A model generated the notes under the pieces. The model had not been told where the DNA came from. It searched no databases and saw only the letters and a program-made list of their open reading frames with translations. 64,000 bases of DNA, taken from the NCBI RefSeq assembly GCF_009914755.1, contig NC_060936.1; one strand, 5' to 3'. Below, one piece after another: positions 57,948 through 64,000 of the stretch. This DNA comes from the human T2T-CHM13v2.0 reference genome, Homo sapiens. Positions within the stretch are counted from its first letter, which is position 1, and each line of letters begins with the position of its first letter. The translations under genes and the position numbers were made by a program.

Positions 57948-59520
57948 TAAACATTTATTAAGCTCTAACTATGGACTACCCCGGGTGCAGAGGGAATACA
58001 AAGATGAAGTATAAAGTAGATGAAATAGATAAAATATAATAGAAAACTTAGATAACGTAAGGAATGAGAAATGAATTCAAGGTTCCTAGTTTTTAGAGGA
58101 TAATGCCTTTATAGCTAAAAGAGAGAAGAAAGGTACTGGGAACATATTTGGGTAGGAGCTAAGGTATTGAGTTCAGTTTAGGAAAAGTCAAAATCTGAGG
58201 TAATGCACCACCCAGAAGACAGTTGGAAAGATAGATCCAGAGCTCATTTGTGACATCTAAATTACAAAACGAGGGAGGCGGAGATAGCCCAGGAAGAATT
58301 CAGAGAGTTAGAAGGGCCAGTGCTGAACCCCAGAGTTAAGGGGAAGGAGCGGGAGGAAGGAGAAGGTATCAAAGAGAGGCTGGAGGACTGGAAAGAAGAT
58401 GGGTCACAGAAGCCAAGACAGGAAAGACTCAAAGACCAAAATGATGACTGGTACAGTTGCTACAGGAAGCTCAACGAAGTTAAGAAAGTCTTAAAGACCA
58501 CTAAATTTGGAATAAGGTGATCGCTGGTGATCTCTGCTGAATCCTTTTCAGTAGAATGGCAGGTGCAGAATCCAGAGGGCCACAAGGCATCGCTCAATCA
58601 CTCTAAGTGAACCAGGCATCTGCTTTGTGTTTTGGGGACAGGAAAGTACGTGCTGCATAGTGGAAGTTTTTGTAAAAGATATTTGGAAGGTGGGAGAAGC
58701 AGAGTCAAGTAAACTAAGAAGTAGCCTCTATCTTCAGTTCAGAGTGTGTTTCCGGATGGGAGGAGCAGACTGGGACTTCAGAAGAGAGGTGCGATTTGGG
58801 AATAATTGCTTAGGGAAAGGGAAAGAGAGTGGCTGGAGATAAAGACAAAAGATTGATGACTAGTGTTGAGAAACCAGCTGAGGCTGGAACTCATAAATCT
58901 GTAATGTAGCCAACCACCATGGTTATACAGTTTTTTTCTTCCAGTAATGTCAGTAGCAGGAGTGAAGACCACAGATGGTTTGATGGAGCTAAGGTTGAGC
59001 ATTGGCAGGGTTGTAAGGATGAAGTCTCGAGGAGAAACAAATACTTGAGGGGCCTGGTATCAGGCCTGGTATCAGGGAACTGAATACCTAATCAAAGAAT
59101 AACTCAACAATACTCTTTTTTGATGTCCTTAATATTAGATATGTATTATTTCAGCTTTTGGGGTACAAGTGGTTTTTAGTTACACAGCTGAGTTGTATAC
59201 TGGTGCTGAGATTTTAATGCACCTGTCACCCGAATAGTGTACATTGTACCCAATATGTAGTTTTCTATCCCTCATTCCCCTTACCCTCCCTGCTTCTGAG
59301 TCTCCAGTGTCCATTGTACCACTCCGTATGTCTTTGCTTAGCTCCCACTCAAAAATGGGAACATGCAGCATTTGATTTGCCATTCCTGAGTTAGAGAAGT
59401 CAACAATGTTCTCACATGTGGGGATGACTGGTAGGGAATTGAAGGGCCTGGAAAGTTTAACATTCTGGATTTCTCATGAGAAAGAGGTGGGAAAATGAGA
59501 TTTTATGAAACTTTTGAGGA
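57948..59520 (-). mobile_element. Long degraded L2 (3' end plus ORF2 region) split by L1PB
   Basis: aacatttattaagc tail; tgagttcagtttagga, gtcacagaagccaag and ctggtgatct...ttcagtagaatgg motifs. Confidence 0.65.
59115..59392 (-). mobile_element. L1PB 3' end
   Basis: ttttggggtacaagtggttttt...gagattttaatgcacctgtcacc...cttagctcccact...cattcctgagtta; tcaacaat on both flanks. Confidence 0.88.
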
Positions 59521-59705
59521 GAAAAATAGATACAAAAATAGAGAAAGAACCTGATAAATGTAAGAGCTACCAAATACGCTTAACAAAGCAAAAGAACTGA
59601 TTTGGAGCTTTTAGAAATGATACACTTTACTACGACTTTTCTCTACAAAGCTTAATATTTGCACTTTGTTCATAACATCAAACAACTCCAAATCATATCA
59701 GACCA

Positions 59706-60056
59706 TTTCTTTCTTTTTTCTTTTTTGCAGTGCAGTAGCATGATCATGGCTCACTACAGCCTTGACCTCCTGGGCTCAAGTGATCCTTCTGCCTCAGTGT
59801 CCACACCCCTTTCTCCCAAGTAGCTGGGATTACAGGAACGCACCACTATGACTGGCTAATTTTAAAATTTTTTGTAGGAGCTGGGCATGGTGGCTCACAC
59901 CTGTAATCACAGCACTTTGGGAGGCCGAGGGGTGAGCTTGAGTTCAGGAGTTCAAGAACAGCCTGGGCAATATGGCAAAACCCCATATCTACAAAATAAA
60001 ATAATTTAAAAAGTAAATTTTTCATAGAGGCAGAGTCTCCTTATGTTGCCCAGGCT
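59706..60056 (-). mobile_element. Truncated AluJ with a plus-strand FLAM/left monomer (59879-60012) inserted at its linker
   Basis: Minus right arm 59706-59877, plus monomer, then minus left arm resuming at 60028; aaattttttgtag / aaatttttcatag flank the insert. Confidence 0.85.
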
Positions 60057-61159
60057 ATATGGGACTATCTCTGAGGTTTGCTATTACAACTCAAACTAAG
60101 AGATCTCTGTCTCATTTAAATAAAATATTGCAATTTCTGATTGAGGAACACTCAACTTTACAAAGTAAAAACTAAAAAGTAAAAAACAAAACCTTCTAAA
60201 TGAAAAGAAAACATACCTAATTGTCTGAGAAAATTACAACACTCCAAGTAGAACACTTTAACAAAGCCAAGCTCAAACTGGATAACATAAATTACATAAC
60301 TTGACACTAAGAGTTCCCTGACCACTGTTGCCAATAATCCAAATAATATTCACTAAAAATGCATATATTTTATAGTAAATAATTTTACTCTCTTTGAGAA
60401 ATATTTCCTATCAGTAAATTTGATATGTAAGTATTTACTTTATTCATGGAAGAGGAGAATATGATTCATGTGTGACTTAGCAATAGAAAATATAAATAAA
60501 TAAAACTAGTTCCTATATAGTTTTCCAATTCTCATGAATTCTAGATTTATTTGGAATTCCTCAGAGAACTCTCTGATCTTATGAAAGTTTTATACCCACA
60601 TTCACATTTTTGTTTATATAGATGCATTGGTTTTTTACTGTTCCACTTTTCACAATTTGAGTTCTAGGTATTACAGACACAAAATGCATTCATATTCAAA
60701 TATTGTGATGGCTGGACATGACACAGGACAATGTCACAGCCCTCCTGCTCTTGTACTACGTTGCTGAGGGATTATACACAAAGCTGAGTCAAGGTCCCAA
60801 CTCTAAACTGGATCTGTTTGCTCACCTTGGTGATAAATTTTCTTCCAGTCCAAGTATGCTGTGAATTACATACATCAGTCCCTAATTTCAGATTCAGTGG
60901 GAAAAAAAACAACAACAACAAAGTCACACTAGAGTGTAAGGTAAATTCTCCTATTCAAAGTATAATTGAATACAAAATAATTGAATGAACGTACTGAGAA
61001 GAACATTCACCTCATTACAAAAATGGTTAGTCATAACAGCATGTTGCGTTTGCTGCTTTTTCTCCTTTTGGAGCCGTGGAATTATATCCAAGCTGACTCA
61101 GGAGTTTATCAACCCATCACGAGGATGGAGGCTGCCATCATGAAGGCACAGTTGACTGG

Positions 61160-61425
61160 CAGCATGGGGAAGGATGGCACACAGCACTGCAGTTGGGAGC
61201 TGGGATATTCCTGCCATGGCTCTCAGCACATAGTAGTGCTTAATGCATATTGGCTGATAATAGCTAACATACCGACAATTGTGTAACATTGAGAAAATTA
61301 AGCTCATTTGGCTCAAGTTTTATCTGGAAAATAAAGATAATAGTATTAGTCTCATGGAGTTGTGTGGATTAAATGAGCTAATGCACATAAATTACGAAGC
61401 ATAGGGCCTAGCATGCACTGATCTC
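61160..61425 (+). mobile_element. MIR SINE (degraded)
   Basis: gctcaagttttatctggaaaataaagataatagta...ggattaaatgagctaatgca. Confidence 0.65.
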
Positions 61426-61774
61426 AGGAGATCAAGCATAATAAACTTCGTAGCATGTGTTGAAAAGAAAAAGGTAGGTCTATAAGAATCTTATAAAGTA
61501 TAAACACTGCTTTCCCCTTCTATTTTCCTTGCATTTGGATTCTCAAAACATCTGTTGCAGGAGCTGTGTTTTCCTGTGCTACACAGAGTAGTAGATGGAG
61601 AGGAATAGCATCGGAATCATTGATATGGCAAACTAAGATTCTTACAGCCAGAGTATGGTTTTCTAAACTTCCTAATCATTTCAAATACACGAATAGTGAC
61701 TACAAAGTAATGAGATAGGTTTCTGTGGGTGGCTTATGGGAATCAGTCTTCTTCACAGCTTTTTAAGACAGAAA

Positions 61775-61985
61775 CATCTATAGATGGTCCAGGCACTGTC
61801 TTAGATGCTGGAATACAAAGATGAGGATATGGCACTCACAAAAGGACACTGTATGTAAGTAATCACAAAACGATGGAGTAATTGGGGGTGCCATTCACAT
61901 ACACAGGGGCTCCAGGGCTAACCCTTGGGAGAGTGAGCAGGGTTGTGGGAAATTTCACATGAAGGCAGTGTTTGAAGCAATGGGA
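61775..61985 (-). mobile_element. L2 3' end
   Basis: ccaggcactgtcttagatgctggaatacaaagatga. Confidence 0.7.
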
Positions 61986-62024
61986 AGTGTATGGGGGAGG
62001 ATACGATTAAAAATACACCAAGTT

Positions 62025-62203
62025 CACAGACTTAAATACTTACGTTACTTCTATTCTGAGCTGTGTAATCTTGAGTTAGACATTTTCTCTCTTTAAGCCT
62101 TAAACAATTACTGAGCAAATTACTCTGTTGTTAGAGATATTAAATTTATGTAAAATCAGAGGGCTGGATTGGAAGATCCCAACAGTTCTTAGGTTTAAAA
62201 TTC
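62025..62203 (+). mobile_element. MIR3-like SINE
   Basis: agctgtgtaatcttgag...tgtaaaatcagagggctggattggaagatc. Confidence 0.55.
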
Positions 62204-62360
62204 CTTTTATGCCTGATCATCTTCCAAATAGTGCTAAAAACACCATTACACAGAAGATTTGGAATTTTTAAGAATAAAAGAGAGAGGTGTTTGTTCCTAT
62301 AAATCATGAAAACTTGGCATTGGTAGATAAAACCAGCCATAAATAACAGTTTTAAGGTGA

Positions 62361-62373
62361 TGGGGATTCCCCA
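62361..62373. promoter_or_regulatory. NF-kappaB (p50-type) motif TGGGGATTCCCCA
   Basis: Exact match to the classical MHC class I enhancer kappaB element; function at this site is untested. Confidence 0.4.
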
Positions 62374-64000
62374 ATTCTACTTCAATAATGAAAGACCACT
62401 GTAAATCCATAAAGTGGAAATTTACAACCAACTGCTGAGCACCCGTACATCTCACCCTAAATTTTAACAGCTGTTCCCCTAAAAGTGATCACGATTATAA
62501 GCAGGGTGAAATGTACTGAGCAAAGTTTTTAAAGGTATAAGTTCATATTCATGTCTTCAAAATACTTGCAGAAGTTAATTTTTTGCAGGCAGATTACAGT
62601 TTACAAAAACAAGTATTAACCAGAGCTGTAATCATTTGTAAAACTTTCCACTACAGCAATTTGTTAACCTATATCCAATTTTTAGAATCAGCAAGGATGC
62701 CACTGTTGGCGTCACATTCCATATTGCTTACATTTGACATGTGCCTAGTTTTATCTCAAAAATGGGGCTTCACAAATCAAATGTTATTTTCTGCACCTGA
62801 AAATTCATGAACCACATACTACTGCCAGCAGAAGCACAATGTGAAAACATAAGACCAGCTTAGCAGTAATCAAAAGCACCTGTTTTCACAAAATGTTTGC
62901 CACTGTTCTGAAACTACACATAAATTTTAAGTTTGTTGGCTAGACTCAATCGTGAAAAGCAGTTCAGATAATTATCAGAAAACAGGAATTTCATCTTACA
63001 TTAAATTTATTTTTAAACATAAAAGTCCAATCCTCTGAATCATATTTAACACATAGTAAGTTATGTAGAAAATAACTTATTCCAACAAGCAACATACAAT
63101 TCCCTGTTTATCTATTGATAGTAACATAATCTACAATAGCAATATAAAGGGTCTAATTCTCCACAAAGCACAGAAGATGGTGATGCTGTGGGCTGTAACC
63201 TGAAAGACCCTGTACAACTTTGTGCACTTTCTGGAAATAATTTCTTTGACATATAATCTTTCCTTGGACATACAAAAGCCATTAAGAATCTTTATAATGG
63301 AGTGCACTTGAAAGACTAGGGAGAAGCATAAAATAATTTTGTTCTACAGAAAACAAACAACGACTATAAAGCAATCATACATTTTAGTATCCTCTGATGA
63401 CATGGTAAGTGTACTTTTAGCTTAAGAATCATGCTCAATGGATGTTTAGGATCCAAATACAGAGAAGATTATGACACACTTACTAACACTATTCTACAGA
63501 CAGAGCAAACCATCTTTTCATACCCCCAAATCACCACCCCCACTTTAGACAATCCCTAACTTTGCAATAGTATACTAACAGAAGACTCCTCTATGTGAAT
63601 AGCAACAGCAGTCCTGCAAAATAAAGGTTTTCTCCAGTAACTATGTCCCCTTTGGCCACAGTCATCTTTTACCTGTTAGTGACATATTGCAAAAAGACTT
63701 TATGATTAGGCCTGGTTTTAAATCTACATTTTTCCTATTCTGAGTGCATTATTCCTAGGAAAAAATGGATTCGGAATTAAAAAAAAAAACTGATTTAACA
63801 AATGAATGTCAAAGAAACAAGCCATCCAGAAGATGGCAAGGGAAGTACTGTATTAGAATGAATACACTTTTATCTCTGGAGGCTTTATGCCCCAGCCTCC
63901 TATCCAGATTATACAATGACTCCATCTCTTCAATCAGGGTCATCCCAACATCCTGTTCTCCAAGAAGGAACACTGTATCTCAAACGCTCACCCTTCTCAA

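Noticed and set aside
60981-61286. 101-aa ORF with a hydrophobic, signal-like stretch (MLRLLLFLLL)
   Set aside because: Starts at TTG, runs into a MIR, and has no promoter or recognisable homology.

Overview
This is primate, most likely human, AT-rich non-coding DNA. It contains AluY/AluS/AluJ, L1PA and THE1A elements and is CpG-depleted with no CpG island. I could not recognise any protein-coding gene, tRNA, rRNA, CRISPR array or prokaryotic/viral sequence. The supplied ORFs are transposon remnants (Alu, L1 ORF2 C-terminus, MaLR internal ORF) or chance frames. Much of the window is interspersed repeats: many MIR/L2/CR1 relics, eight same-strand MaLR/ERVL solo LTRs, a complete THE1A provirus with a perfect 5-bp TSD and a nested AluY, a twin-primed 5'-inverted L1PA with a 15-bp TSD, and Tigger2a/MER5/MER33/MER81 DNA transposons. 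LTR orientation bias suggests a long intron of a minus-strand transcript, but I cannot name the gene. I found no supportable new biological system. The best leads are (i) a 61-nt minus-strand exon-like unit whose branch point can pair with its own 3' end, (ii) three local inverted templated-insertion scars, and (iii) repeat-poor islands with strong TF motifs, including a perfect TGGGGATTCCCCA kappaB site. Repeat names come from recalled consensus sequences, not from a search. Boundaries of old elements are approximate.
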